Shown here in pieces: positions 1 through 11,166 of a DNA stretch of 64,000 nucleotides (the first letter of the stretch is position 1; each line of letters starts with the position of its first letter). Under the pieces are notes generated by a model. It worked only from the letters and a program-made list of their open reading frames with translations, was not told the origin of the DNA and did not search any database. The translations under genes were made by a program, and so were the position numbers. This stretch comes from Escherichia coli (GTDB lineage: Bacteria; Pseudomonadota; Gammaproteobacteria; Enterobacterales; Enterobacteriaceae). The DNA is taken from assembly GCF_044324785.1 (NCBI RefSeq), contig NZ_CP172129.1, one strand, 5' to 3'.

Positions 1-889
1 CGGCACTACGGCTGAGACGATTGCACTGTCCGGAGGCCGTTTTGCCACCCTTGCCGGAAAGGCCGATCCGCTAAACAAAATGCCGGAGATCAACGTTCGG
101 GGAAACGCAAAGGAATCAGTGCTGACACTTGATAAAGCTCCCGCCCTGTCGGAATGGAACGGCGGCTTCCACACCGGACAACTGCTTACCTCCATGCGCA
201 TTATCGCCGGGAAATCTCGCCAGGTTCGGCTCTATATTCCGGATGTTGATATTTCTCAGCCCCTCGGGCTGGTCGTGCTGCCCGATGGTGAAACCTGGTT
301 TGATCACCTTGGCGTATGCGCGGCAATTGACGCCGCCATAAATAATGGGCGCATCGTGCCCGTGGCTGTACTGGGCATTGACAACATTAATGAACATGAA
401 CGCACTGAGATACTCGGCGGGCGCAGCAAACTGATAAAGGATATCGCCGGACATCTGCTGCCGATGATTCGCGCTGAACAACCGCAGCGTCAGTGGGCAG
501 ACCGTTCGCGCACAGTGCTGGCCGGGCAGAGCCTCGGCGGGATCAGTGCGCTAATGGGGGCTCGTTACGCACCGGAAACGTTCGGTCTGGTGCTCAGCCA
601 CTCTCCTTCAATGTGGTGGACGCCAGAAAGAACCAGTCGACCAGGCTTGTTCAGCGAAACCGATACCTCATGGGTGAGTGAGCATCTGCTTTCTGCCCCA
701 CCGCAGGGCGTACGTATCAGCCTGTGCGTGGGATCGCTGGAAGGTTCGACAGTGCCTCACGTTCAGCAGCTTCACCAGCGGCTGATTACCGCTGGCGTCG
801 AAAGCCATTGCGCAATCTACACCGGTGGTCACGATTACGCATGGTGGCGCGGTGCACTGATTGACGGGATTGGTTTACTACAGGGTTGA
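1..889 (+). CDS. iroD: Salmochelin/enterobactin esterase IroD, C-terminal part (5' end cut by window edge; reading frame is open back to position 2)
   Basis: Translation has the esterase serine motif GQSLGG and a Fes/IroD-like C-terminus; sits directly upstream of iroE and iroN. Confidence 0.85.
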   Translation, partial: GTTAETIALSGGRFATLAGKADPLNKMPEINVRGNAKESVLTLDKAPALSEWNGGFHTGQLLTSMRIIAGKSRQVRLYIPDVDISQPLGLVVLPDGETWFDHLGVCAAIDAAINNGRIVPVAVLGIDNINEHERTEILGGRSKLIKDIAGHLLPMIRAEQPQRQWADRSRTVLAGQSLGGISALMGARYAPETFGLVLSHSPSMWWTPERTSRPGLFSETDTSWVSEHLLSAPPQGVRISLCVGSLEGSTVPHVQQLHQRLITAGVESHCAIYTGGHDYAWWRGALIDGIGLLQG

Positions 890-973
890 GTTGACCCACA
901 AACACTTTCAGGAAACGGTACAGACTTCCTGAATAAATCAAATAGTCACCTGCGGAAAAGGAATAATCATCAG

Positions 974-1930
974 ATGTATGCCCGCGAGTATCGCTCAACA
1001 CGCCCGCATAAAGCGATTTTCTTTCATCTTTCTTGCCTCACCCTTATCTGTAGTGCGCAAGTTTATGCGAAGCCGGATATGCGGCCACTGGGGCCGAATA
1101 TAGCCGATAAAGGCTCCGTGTTTTACCATTTCAGCGTCACCTCTTTCGACTCTGTCGATGGCACACGCCATTATCGGGTATGGACGGCCGTGCCGAATAC
1201 AACCGCACCGGCATCGGGTTACCCGATTTTATATATGCTTGACGGTAACGCAGTTATGGATCGCCTGGATGACGAACTGCTCAAACAATTGTCAGAAAAA
1301 ACACCGCCAGTGATCGTGGCTGTCGGGTATCAGACCAACCTCCCTTTCGATCTCAACAGCAGGGCTTACGACTATACGCCAGCAGCAGAAAGCAGAAAAA
1401 CAGATCTCCACTCAGGGCGTTTTAGCCGTAAGAGTGGTGGCAGCAACAACTTCCGCCAGTTACTGGAAACGCGTATTGCCCCAAAAGTGGAACAGGGACT
1501 GAATATCGATCGGCAACGCCGCGGCTTATGGGGGCACTCCTACGGCGGCCTCTTCGTGCTGGATTCCTGGCTGTCCTCCTCTTACTTCCGGTCGTACTAC
1601 AGCGCCAGCCCGTCGTTGGGCAGAGGTTATGATGCTTTGCTAAGCCGCGTTACGGCGGTTGAGCCTCTGCAATTCTGCGCCAAACACCTGGCGATAATGG
1701 AAGGCTCGGCGACACAGGGTGATAACCGGGAAACGCATGCTGTCGGGGTGCTGTCGAAAATTCATACCACCCTCACTATACTGAAAGATAAAGGCGTCAA
1801 TGCCGTATTTTGGGATTTCCCCAACCTAGGACACGGGCCGATGTTCAATGCCTCCTTTCGCCAGGCACTGTTAGATATCAGTGGTGAAAACGCAAATTAC
1901 ACAGCAGGTTGTCATGAGTTAAGCCACTAA
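974..1930 (+). CDS. iroE: Periplasmic salmochelin esterase IroE (318 aa)
   Basis: 318-aa product with N-terminal signal/anchor and hydrolase motif GHSYGG; position between iroD and iroN. Confidence 0.85.
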   Translation: MYAREYRSTRPHKAIFFHLSCLTLICSAQVYAKPDMRPLGPNIADKGSVFYHFSVTSFDSVDGTRHYRVWTAVPNTTAPASGYPILYMLDGNAVMDRLDDELLKQLSEKTPPVIVAVGYQTNLPFDLNSRAYDYTPAAESRKTDLHSGRFSRKSGGSNNFRQLLETRIAPKVEQGLNIDRQRRGLWGHSYGGLFVLDSWLSSSYFRSYYSASPSLGRGYDALLSRVTAVEPLQFCAKHLAIMEGSATQGDNRETHAVGVLSKIHTTLTILKDKGVNAVFWDFPNLGHGPMFNASFRQALLDISGENANYTAGCHELSH

Positions 1931-1933
1931 ACA

Positions 1934-1955
1934 CTGCCCGCTTTTACGCGGGCAG
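1934..1955. terminator. Hairpin between convergent iroE and iroN (ctgcccgc-ttttac-gcgggcag)
   Basis: 8-bp perfect stem with 6-nt loop read directly, lying between the two convergent stop codons. Confidence 0.5.
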
Positions 1956-1974
1956 TACGCCTGAAACACTACGA

Positions 1975-4152
1975 TCAGAATGATGCGGTAACTCCGGCAT
2001 AGTAAGCCCGGCCTGGCTCGTTATAGGTATTCGCCCCTTCAGAAGATCGGAAGATCTGTTTATTGAGGATATTACTGACGCCGACATTAAGACGCAGATT
2101 TTTATTAATATCGTAATTGAAGTTCGTCCCCACCAGTGAATAAGCGCCCAGCTCTTTACCTGACAGACCGCCAGTATCTTCACTGCGGGTTTCCGCATGA
2201 GTACGCGGTTTTTGTCTGCCATATAACGTCCAGTTGACGCTGGCAGAAAACGCCTGGGTGATGGTCCAGTTAAGCGAGTTATTGATAGTATATTTCGGGA
2301 TGACCGACAGAGGATTACCGGTGTCTTTTTGCTCCGAAGTGATCATCCATGTGGCATTGGTATTCCAGTTCAGACGATCTTTCACCAGTGGGAAAGACAT
2401 ACTGGCTTCGATACCGTCCACCAGAGCTTTCCCGCCATTCTGCCACTTGAGGATATATGCGCCTGAAGCGGTTTGCCCGATAACGTTATCCCCGGCCACG
2501 ATCTTATTCTGGTAATCATTGCGGAAGTAGGTCACACTTGCGTGGTAATCTTCCCAGGTGAACTCCAGCCCAATTTCTTTATTGACGCTGATTTCCGGAT
2601 CGAGATCTTTATTACCGATCAGGTAGCACCCGCCTGATGTAATATCTTTTGGACAGCCATTGCCTTTCGAGTAGAGCAGATAGCCTTCACTGGATTGATA
2701 CAGGTTTGGGGCTTTAAAGGTTCGGGCAACCCCTGCTTTGACTTTGAAATAATCGCCCAATTCCTGCGAAAGATTCAGACTGGGGCTGAAGTTCCCGCCG
2801 GAGTCGCTGAGATAATCAAAGCGCAGGCCGGGAATGATATTCGTGCCAGGAACCGGCTCAATGTTATCTTCAATATACAGCGCACTGATTTGAGAATGAT
2901 TTTTACTGCTGCGATCCGCAGCAGAGCCAGAAATACCGCTGATATCACTGTCATTCACCGTCAGGCTGGTAGAGGAAGGATCATCGAGCTTATCGCGGTT
3001 CCACTCTGCACCAACGGTCAGCGTTTGATCAACCATCACATTCAAAGGAATATTAAGCTCGCCGCTGGTTCGCCAGGAACTCAGGCGATTGGTCGTAAAC
3101 TTTTCACCCGCTAAAATACGCCCTTCACCACCGCCGGATAATCCTTCATTCATGCGGGTATTATTGGTTTTCTCGTAATAAACACCAAAGCGACTTTGTC
3201 CCCAGTCCCAGATACCATTATGCGTAATGCCATAATTCTGTCGGTACAGGCGGTTCGTCTCTTTGCCGGATTTTGCCAGGCTTTCGGTAACTGCACTGGA
3301 AGAACTGTTTTGCGTATCGCCCGCATAGATATTCCCCTGGCGGCTATATCCGGCTTCGAAATCGAGAATCTGCTGCGGATTTAATTTCCACGAGACAACG
3401 CCGTTAATATCTTTGTTACGTACCCCTTCATGCCCGGCTGCGTTTTTCGTACCGACCGGAGAATTAATATCCCAACTGTCAGCATCCGTTTTATTCAGGT
3501 TACCATACAAACGCGTGGTAAGAGCATTACCAGCCAGAGGCCCACTAAGGCTGAAATTGGCGCGACGCGTAGCGCCCTCATCGCTACTTTCCGGCTGATT
3601 GGTGTATAACGACAGCGAACCGTGCCAGTCGTTGGTGGGACGTTTGGTAATGATGTTCACCACCCCCCCGGCTGCCCCCGAACCGTAGCGCGCCGCCGCA
3701 GGGCCGCGGATCACTTCAATACGCTCAACCTGTTCCGGTGGCACCCAGTTGGTGTCACCGCGGGTATCACGCTCTCCACGCCAGCTATAACGCACGGAGT
3801 TACGTGACGTCACCGGTACACCATCAATTAAAATTAAGGTGTTTTCCGGCCCCATACCACGAATATCGATCTGGCGGTTGTTACCGCGTGTGCCCGAGGC
3901 GCTATTGCCGGTAAGATTGACGCCAGGCATTTTACGAATAATATCTGAAAGGTCGTTTACCGGAGGGGTCTTTTTAATATCCTCGCTGGTAATAACCGAC
4001 ACGCCCGGCTGCTGTTTTAATACCTGCTCAGCGGTGGCTTCCACCACCAGAGTCTCGTCATTATCATCGTCGGAGGATTTGGCTACTGATACCTGGCTAT
4101 TCAACCCAACCAGGAGCACAGTTAGCGACCAGAGGATTTTGTTAATTCTCAT
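1975..4152 (-). CDS. iroN: TonB-dependent outer-membrane salmochelin receptor IroN (725 aa)
   Basis: 725-aa product with signal peptide, TonB box-like ETLVVEA and C-terminal aromatic residue typical of TonB-dependent receptors. Confidence 0.9.
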   Translation of the reverse strand: MRINKILWSLTVLLVGLNSQVSVAKSSDDDNDETLVVEATAEQVLKQQPGVSVITSEDIKKTPPVNDLSDIIRKMPGVNLTGNSASGTRGNNRQIDIRGMGPENTLILIDGVPVTSRNSVRYSWRGERDTRGDTNWVPPEQVERIEVIRGPAAARYGSGAAGGVVNIITKRPTNDWHGSLSLYTNQPESSDEGATRRANFSLSGPLAGNALTTRLYGNLNKTDADSWDINSPVGTKNAAGHEGVRNKDINGVVSWKLNPQQILDFEAGYSRQGNIYAGDTQNSSSSAVTESLAKSGKETNRLYRQNYGITHNGIWDWGQSRFGVYYEKTNNTRMNEGLSGGGEGRILAGEKFTTNRLSSWRTSGELNIPLNVMVDQTLTVGAEWNRDKLDDPSSTSLTVNDSDISGISGSAADRSSKNHSQISALYIEDNIEPVPGTNIIPGLRFDYLSDSGGNFSPSLNLSQELGDYFKVKAGVARTFKAPNLYQSSEGYLLYSKGNGCPKDITSGGCYLIGNKDLDPEISVNKEIGLEFTWEDYHASVTYFRNDYQNKIVAGDNVIGQTASGAYILKWQNGGKALVDGIEASMSFPLVKDRLNWNTNATWMITSEQKDTGNPLSVIPKYTINNSLNWTITQAFSASVNWTLYGRQKPRTHAETRSEDTGGLSGKELGAYSLVGTNFNYDINKNLRLNVGVSNILNKQIFRSSEGANTYNEPGRAYYAGVTASF

Positions 4153-4248
4153 ACCTATTCCCTAATAAATGCCTAACTTAAAATGTTTGATCGTTAAGCT
4201 CACATCCTTGCCAGATATTTTTTACTGCCATTATTGTTTTTATATAAG

Positions 4249-4267
4249 AATGATAATTAATATCATT
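4249..4267. promoter_or_regulatory. Fur box-like sequence upstream of iroN (aatgataattaatatcatt)
   Basis: AT-rich near-palindrome resembling the Fur consensus GATAATGATAATCATTATC, about 100 bp upstream of the iroN start. Confidence 0.45.
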
Positions 4268-5006
4268 TAGCAAAAAAAAAAGCAATCCCTCACAAGATAA
4301 ATATATCGATTTTTCATAAATATCAAATTGATATATAACATATGTTTTTTATTTCATTGCACTTGTCGATCATCGGGAATTTTGTCACAATTTCTCACGG
4401 ATAGTGTTCACATTGTTTCTGACCTGCATTTCAGGCGCGGGCGCTGCTTATGTATATAAGGGCCTGTGGTCGACGAATCAGCATAATCAGATCTTCCTGC
4501 GAGCAATTTCTTTCAGCGTATCAGGCAGCACTATCGGATTATCTACGTGCGTTTTTGATTCACATTGTGTGTGAAACTTCATACATCATGATTCGCTTTC
4601 CCTACTCAGTTCTGATGATTGTTTTTTATTCTATTAACACGGAGTTAAGATTCTACCCTCGGTGTCCTCATTATTAATGAGGAATGCTACCTATCTAAAA
4701 ACTGACCGAAACTTTGGGGCATCCCTGGAGGTTTCCAAGGAGAAAAAGGTGACAGTGATAGTGCCACATTGTGAGGAAATTCCTGAGAAACTCCTGGTTC
4801 ACACACATAATTCAGGAGTTTGCCATAGATAGTAACCAATTGTTTTATATTTTAAGACCATTAAATACGCGGCTACGATAGCGCTTTATATAATCATAAA
4901 CTGTAGAGATAAAATATCTGCTTCTCTGATAACACTAATTGAGTGTCTTAAACTAAGTAATTTCATTTTTCCCCCTTTAAAAGCAATATATGTGCAATAG
5001 TTGAAG

Positions 5007-6041
5007 TTAAAGCTGTGCTGCCAGAGTTGATAATAATTGTTCTGTCTGTTGCCATGATATGCATTCATCAGTAACAGACTGACCATACTCTAGCGGAAAA
5101 CTATCGGATTGTTTTCCATCTTGTAAAAAGCTTTCCACCATAATGCCAGCTACATATCCTGGTATTTTTTTCCGATTATCTATAACTTGACGTGCAACGG
5201 AAATTTGCCGTTTAGCCACTTTACCGCTATTACCATGGCTACAATCAATTATCAGACGATGGTTAATACCCTCATCATGCATTAATTTCACTGCCTTAGT
5301 TATATCAGACAAACCATAGTTAGGTTCTCTACCTCCACGTAATATTAGATGTCCATGTGGATTGCCATCGGTTAATAGTGTAGATATACTATTTGTTAAA
5401 GATGTCATATATACAATATGTTGTTCACGGGCTGCAATAATAGCGTCAATAGCTAAGTTAATATTTCCATCAGTACTGTTTTTAAATCCAACTGGACAAT
5501 GTAAACCAGACGCAAGTTGACGATGCGTTTGTGATTCAGTGGTTCTGGCACCAATAGCACCCCAACATATTAAATCAGCAATATAGGGAGTAAGAAAAGG
5601 ATCGAGGAATTCTGTAGCGGTTGCGACACGCATCGTTGTGATTGAAGACAAACACTGGCGAGCATATCGTATCCCTTTCTCAACATCATAACTTCCATTT
5701 AGATCAGGATCGTGCATTATTCCCTTCCAGCCTTTACGGGTTCGAGGTTTCTCAAAATAAGTGCGCATTACAATGTACATTTTCGATAAGTACTTATTCT
5801 GTAATACGAACAATCGCTTCGCATAATCAACTGCGGCCTGAACGTCATGGATTGAGCATGGACCAACAATCACAAGTAAGCGAGGATCTTTTCCCAGCAA
5901 AATATTCGCTATAATATCTCGTTGCAGAGAGATCCATGTTACGGTTTCTTCCGATACTGCGATTTCTTTATGAATCTCGCCCACAGTGGGTAAACTGCCA
6001 AGCAACTTCCCGCGGTAGATTAATTTACTAGCTGACTGCAT
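5007..6041 (-). CDS. 3-deoxy-7-phosphoheptulonate (DAHP) synthase, AroF/G/H class (344 aa)
   Basis: Full-length similarity to class I DAHP synthases (KPRT, GARTTESQ, IMVESF-type motifs). Confidence 0.85.
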   Translation of the reverse strand: MQSASKLIYRGKLLGSLPTVGEIHKEIAVSEETVTWISLQRDIIANILLGKDPRLLVIVGPCSIHDVQAAVDYAKRLFVLQNKYLSKMYIVMRTYFEKPRTRKGWKGIMHDPDLNGSYDVEKGIRYARQCLSSITTMRVATATEFLDPFLTPYIADLICWGAIGARTTESQTHRQLASGLHCPVGFKNSTDGNINLAIDAIIAAREQHIVYMTSLTNSISTLLTDGNPHGHLILRGGREPNYGLSDITKAVKLMHDEGINHRLIIDCSHGNSGKVAKRQISVARQVIDNRKKIPGYVAGIMVESFLQDGKQSDSFPLEYGQSVTDECISWQQTEQLLSTLAAQL

Positions 6042-6252
6042 CTTGTCTCCTAAAAGCGCTATTTCAGACCATCAGTTGCACACAGTAGATGATAATGATA
6101 ATCATTTACTGTATAATTGGCAATATATGGGGATTCATAGTCATTTCTGAGATAATATACGTTAGGCCTTCTCTCCCGTACGGAAATCACTTGTTTTCCG
6201 TAAATTACCTGAATCTTAATCCCTGAGCTGCGGCTAGCTGTGGAACTCACAA

Positions 6253-6590
6253 AAGCTGACCGGGCCGTGGCACAGCCTCTCTGCTGGCAGAACAGCGTAC
6301 TGCAGAAGTCGTCGTACTGCCGCTGGTCCCGGCATCAGGTCTGCCCGCAGATGGCACTTCTGCCACTGATCTGCCGGTGGAGCTGAACGGCATGACATAT
6401 CAGGCCTGCCGTGGGGATTTTGTGGTGCGCCTCGACGGCAGCACCTGTCTGCAGTTATAGAATAAAGAAGGCGGGGAGGTACGCAGGGAGGGCGATCCGC
6501 TGGAAGTGGCGTAGTGGCTGTAGGCCTGTAATGATGCAGGAATAGAAGTTCGTGTACAGGTTAATGAAAGCATCACCCCGTAAAAACATG
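6253..6590 (+). pseudogene. Decayed copy of the 3' half of the ORF at 15720..16310, with in-frame stops and small deletions
   Basis: DNA near-identical to about 15950-16310 but interrupted by TAG codons (e.g. cagttatag, gtggcgtag). Confidence 0.6.
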
Positions 6591-6600
6591 CCGGCACGGT

Positions 6601-6909
6601 TTACACATCATTCCATGGTGGCAGCCGGTTAACTTTCCTGCGCCACCAGTGGAAAGAGGCCATGAGCAGTCCGAACAAAAAACCACTCGTGATACTTATA
6701 ATAATGGCCTCACCTGCTACCATTCCTGACGGCCCCCAGTACATAAACCACATTGCACATCCCCAGGAAATACCCCATAAGCCCCCCATCAGCAGCGTAA
6801 CCTGCCAGAACGGCATAAAGGGCAATGGCGGAAGCCGGATACCCAGCCGCCAGAGAATACGCAGCAGAGGAGGAGCATAATTACTCCGCCACATCTTTTT
6901 GCTGTCCAT
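6601..6909 (-). CDS. Small hydrophobic membrane protein (102 aa), paralogue of 16330..16587
   Basis: Hydrophobic segments; shares N- and C-terminal sequence with the 85-aa ORF at 16330..16587. Confidence 0.45.
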   Translation of the reverse strand: MDSKKMWRSNYAPPLLRILWRLGIRLPPLPFMPFWQVTLLMGGLWGISWGCAMWFMYWGPSGMVAGEAIIISITSGFLFGLLMASFHWWRRKVNRLPPWNDV

Positions 6910-7007
6910 CAGGGCAATTGCCCGGGCTTTTTTTGCTCAAAAGTCACAGGAGCACCTCCGTTCCATGATGTAAACGTGACACAACTTATTGTTATTGATT
7001 ATTATTA

Positions 7008-7190
7008 TCATACCGTGATTATGTTGTCATGCACCTGTACACTGATAAAAGAAAGGGAGAACAGGAGGCTGGCTGAACAACCAATCCGTTCGTCCAGTTC
7101 AATGGCGGCTATCAGGTTCTGCTCCGCAATGTACTCACGAATGCGCTTCCTGTCCTGGCTGGTCAGCATGGTCCAGAATATCTCCATCAT
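7008..7190 (-). pseudogene. Truncated ParE/RelE-family toxin gene (first ~40 codons match 20033..20314, then diverges)
   Basis: N-terminus MMEIFWTML...IELDERIG matches the intact copy; loses homology at a deletion junction near 7055-7068. Confidence 0.65.
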
Positions 7191-7450
7191 TTACCGGCGA
7201 CTTTCCTGCTCATTTCATCCCGCCATGCAGCAGCGGAAGATTCGACCATGTCATGGGGAAGCACATCGCCGCGCTCGAGTTGCTGACGTCCTGCCTCAAC
7301 CTGGTCACGGAACCAGGTATTATGCTGCCGTTCCACGGTCTGGCGCATAAAATCCCGGATTAACTGAGAGCCATTACGGTCCATGCTTTTTGCAGGGCCA
7401 TAAAAGCATCCTTCAGTTCAGCGTCAATTCTTAAACTCATATTAACCTGT
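7187..7450 (-). pseudogene. Frameshifted RHH (ParD/CopG-like) antitoxin gene, copy of 20311..20580
   Basis: C-terminal 65 codons identical to the intact copy; a 1-bp loss near 7395 (gcagggcc versus gcagcggcc) breaks the N-terminus. Confidence 0.6.
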
Positions 7451-7477
7451 GCCATTTATCACCCCGTCATTACCACG

Positions 7478-7494
7478 TATATACACAGTATATA
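7478..7494. promoter_or_regulatory. Inverted repeat tatatac-aca-gtatata upstream of the decayed antitoxin gene (copy of 20603..20619)
   Basis: Same operator-like palindrome as upstream of the intact antitoxin. Confidence 0.4.
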
Positions 7495-8065
7495 ACGATT
7501 CAGATATCGTCACTAGGATATGCCGCGCCAGCGGCATGGAAGGCGGCACTCCGCTGTTTCATATGATACCGCCGAAGCCCGATGTAAGCCGCTACAGTCG
7601 TCCGAAAGTCACCAGCCTCCTCCCCCCTGCCGTCATCCGTGCATCAGCTATGCACTGAGTATGCCTGCCCTTCCCTAGAGAATCCTGCTAGGCTTGCCAC
7701 ACTGATATATCTTGACTTTATGTAAACGATATGACACTTTAACATGATAATGATTACCATTCTCTTTTAATATACAGAGAAACTAGGAAATAGATGAATG
7801 AGTTATGTTACTTTAATATTCTCTGACAATAACCTAAATCAGTTAGATTATTGTCATTTAATAAATAATGACATTCTTTCATCATAAATAAAAAGACTAT
7901 TGTTTATAATATTGTTCTCAGCATTATATGATTATTTATCCTGATAACTCTCCTATGCTGTATGTTTATATGATTTTCCTTGAAACATATAATGCAAATT
8001 TTCGATTTATTTTCCATCATTAATCCAGATAAACAACAAACTAATAGTATGCAAGGAGACATTAT

Positions 8066-9340
8066 TTGTTTCGCCAGGATGCTTTAGAAAACAGAAAAAT
8101 GAAGTGGCAGGGACGGGCAATATTACTTCCCGGAATACCACTGTGGTTAATCATGCTGGGAAGCATTGTGTTTATTACGGCATTTCTGATGTTCATTATT
8201 GTTGGTACCTATAGCCGCCGTGTTAATGTCAGTGGTGAGGTCACAACCTGGCCAAGAGCTGTCAATATATATTCAGGTGTACAGGGATTTGTTGTCAGGC
8301 AGTTTGTTCATGAAGGGCAGTTGATAAAAAAAGGGGATCCTGTTTATCTGATTGACATCAGTAAAAGTACACGCAATGGTATTGTCACTGATAATCATCG
8401 CCGGGATATAGAAAACCAGCTGGTTCGTGTGGACAACATTATTTCCCGTCTGGAAGAAAGTAAAAAAATAACGCTAGATACCCTGGAAAAACAACGTCTG
8501 CAATACACAGATGCGTTCCGTCGCTCATCAGACATTATACAGCGTGCAGAGGAAGGGATAAAAATAATGAAAAATAATATGGAGAATTACAGATACTATC
8601 AGTCAAAAGGACTGATTAATAAAGATCAATTAACTAACCAAGTTGCATTATATTATCAACAACAAAACAACCTTCTCAGTCTGAGCGGACAAAATGAACA
8701 AAATGCCCTGCAGATAACCACTCTGGAGAGTCAGATTCAGACTCAGGCAGCAGATTTTGATAATCGTATCTATCAGATGGAACTGCAACGACTCGAATTG
8801 CAGAAAGAACTGGTTAACACTGATGTGGAAGGCGAAATCATTATCCGGGCGTTGTCTGACGGGAAAGTTGACTCCCTGAGTGTCACTGTAGGGCAAATGG
8901 TCAATACCGGAGACAGCCTTCTGCAGGTTATTCCTGAGAACATTGAAAACTATTATCTTATTCTCTGGGTCCCGAATGATGCTGTTCCTTATATTTCGGC
9001 TGGTGACAAAGTGAATATTCGTTATGAAGCCTTCCCCTCAGAAAAATTTGGGCAGTTCTCTGCTACGGTTAAAACTATATCCAGGACTCCTGCGTCAACA
9101 CAGGAAATGTTGACCTATAAGGGAGCACCTCAAAATACGCCGGGTGCCTCTGTTCCCTGGTATAAAGTCATTGCGACGCCTGAAAAGCAGATAATCAGGT
9201 ATGACGAAAAATACCTCCCTCTGGAAAATGGAATGAAAGCCGAAAGTACACTATTTCTGGAAAAAAGGCGTATTTACCAGTGGATGCTTTCTCCTTTCTA
9301 TGACATGAAACACAGTGCAACAGGACCGATCAATGACTAA
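8066..9340 (+). CDS. cvaA: Colicin V secretion protein CvaA (HlyD-type membrane fusion protein; alternative internal start at 8099)
   Basis: Translation matches CvaA over its full length as recalled; N-terminal TM segment and coiled-coil region. Confidence 0.9.
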
Positions 9341-10109
9341 CAGGAATTTCAGACAAATTATAAATCTGCTTGATTTGCGCTGGCAACGTCGTGTTCCGGT
9401 TATTCATCAGACGGAGACCGCTGAATGTGGACTGGCCTGCCTAGCAATGATATGCGGTCATTTTGGTAAGAATATTGACCTGATATATCTTCGCCGGAAG
9501 TTTAATCTCTCTGCCCGTGGAGCAACCCTTGCAGGAATCAATGGAATAGCGGAGCAACTGGGGATGGCCACCCGGGCTCTTTCACTGGAGTTGGATGAAC
9601 TTCGAGTCCTCAAAACGCCGTGTATTCTCCACTGGGATTTCAGTCACTTCGTCGTTCTGGTCAGCGTAAAGCGTAACCGTTATGTACTGCATGATCCGGC
9701 CAGGGGCATAAGATATATCAGCCGGGAGGAAATGAGCCGATATTTTACAGGCGTTGCACTTGAGGTCTGGCCCGGAAGTGAATTCCAGTCGGAAACCCTG
9801 CAGACCCGCATAAGTCTTCGTTCACTGATTAACAGTATTTACGGTATTAAAAGAACGCTGGCGAAAATTTTCTGTCTGTCAGTTGTAATTGAAGCAATCA
9901 ATCTGCTAATGCCGGTGGGGACACAGCTGGTTATGGATCATGCTATTCCTGCGGGGGACAGAGGGCTACTGACGCTAATTTCTGCTGCTCTTATGTTTTT
10001 TATATTACTCAAAGCTGCAACGAGTACGCTGCGCGCATGGTCTTCACTGGTTATGAGCACGCTCATCAATGTACAGTGGCAGTCGGGGCTGTTCGATCAT
10101 CTTCTCAGA
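9333..10109 (+). pseudogene. cvaB: cvaB 5' fragment (C39 peptidase domain of the colicin V ABC exporter), interrupted after codons LLR by an IS
   Basis: MTNRNFRQ... with catalytic Cys in ETAECGLACLAMI; frame runs into the IS inverted repeat and stops. Confidence 0.85.
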
Positions 10110-11166
10110 GGCTTTGTTGAATAAATCGAACTTTTGCTGAGTTGAAGGATCAGATCACGTATCTTCCCGACAACGCAGACCGTTCCGTGGCAAAGCAAAA
10201 GTTCAAAATCACCAACTGGCCCACCTACAATAAAGCCCTCATCAACCGTGGCTCCATAACTTTCTGGCTGGATGATGAAGCTATTCAGGCCTGGTATGAG
10301 TCAGCAACACCTTCTTCACGAGGCAGACCTCAGCGCTATTCTGACCTTGCCATCACTACTGTGCTGGTCATTAAACGCGTATTCAGGCTGACCCTGCGGG
10401 CTGCGCAGGGCTTTATTGATTCCATTTTTTCTCTGATGAACGTTCCGCTACGCTGCCCGGATTACAGCTGTGTCAGCAGGCGGGCAAAGTCGGTTAATGT
10501 CAGTTTCAAAACGCCCACCCGGGGTGAAATCGCACACCTGGTAATTGATTCCACCGGGCTGAAGGTCTTCGGTGAAGGCGAGTGGAAAGTCAAAAAGCAT
10601 GGCCAGGAACGCCGCCGTATCTGGCGTAAGCTGCATCTCGCCGTTGACAGTAAAACACATGAAATCATCTGCGCTGACCTGTCGCTGAACAACGTTACGG
10701 ACTCAGAGGCCTTCCCCGGGTTAATCCGGCAAACCCACCGGAAAATCAGGTCAGCCGCCGCCGATGGCGCTTACGATACCCGGCTATGTCACGATGAACT
10801 GCGGCGTAAGAAAATCAGCGCGCTTATCCCTCCCCGAAAAGGTGCGGGTTACTGGCCCGGTGAATATGCAGACCGTAACCGTGCAGTGGCTAATCAGCGA
10901 ATGACCGGGAGTAATGCGCGGTGGAAATGGACAACAGATTACAACCGTCGCTCGATAGCGGAAACGGCGATGTACCGGGTAAAACAGCTGTTCGGGGGTT
11001 CACTGACGCTGCGTGACTACGATGGTCAGGTTGCGGAGGCTATGGCCCTGGTACGAGCGCTGAACAAAATGACGAAAGCAGGTATGCCTGAAAGCGTGCG
11101 TATTGCCTGAAAACACAACCCGCTACGGGGGAGACTTACCCGAAATCTGATTTATTCAACAAAGCC
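10110..11166 (+). mobile_element. IS903-group (IS5 family) insertion sequence, 1057 bp, with terminal inverted repeats and 9-bp target-site duplication CTTCTCAGA
   Basis: Ends ggctttgttgaataaatcgaa / ccgaaatctgatttattcaacaaagcc; identical 9-mer at 10101-10109 and 11167-11175. Confidence 0.85.
10142..11110 (+). CDS. IS903-group DDE transposase (322 aa)
   Basis: Motifs IDSTGLKVFGEGEWK, DGAYDT, RRSIAETAMYRVK typical of IS903/IS102 transposases. Confidence 0.8.
   Translation: MKDQITYLPDNADRSVAKQKFKITNWPTYNKALINRGSITFWLDDEAIQAWYESATPSSRGRPQRYSDLAITTVLVIKRVFRLTLRAAQGFIDSIFSLMNVPLRCPDYSCVSRRAKSVNVSFKTPTRGEIAHLVIDSTGLKVFGEGEWKVKKHGQERRRIWRKLHLAVDSKTHEIICADLSLNNVTDSEAFPGLIRQTHRKIRSAAADGAYDTRLCHDELRRKKISALIPPRKGAGYWPGEYADRNRAVANQRMTGSNARWKWTTDYNRRSIAETAMYRVKQLFGGSLTLRDYDGQVAEAMALVRALNKMTKAGMPESVRIA

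Noticed and set aside
6059-6250. 63-aa ORF downstream of the DAHP synthase gene
   Set aside because: Lies in the upstream region of the DAHP synthase gene with no ribosome-binding site and no motif; more likely leader or regulatory sequence.
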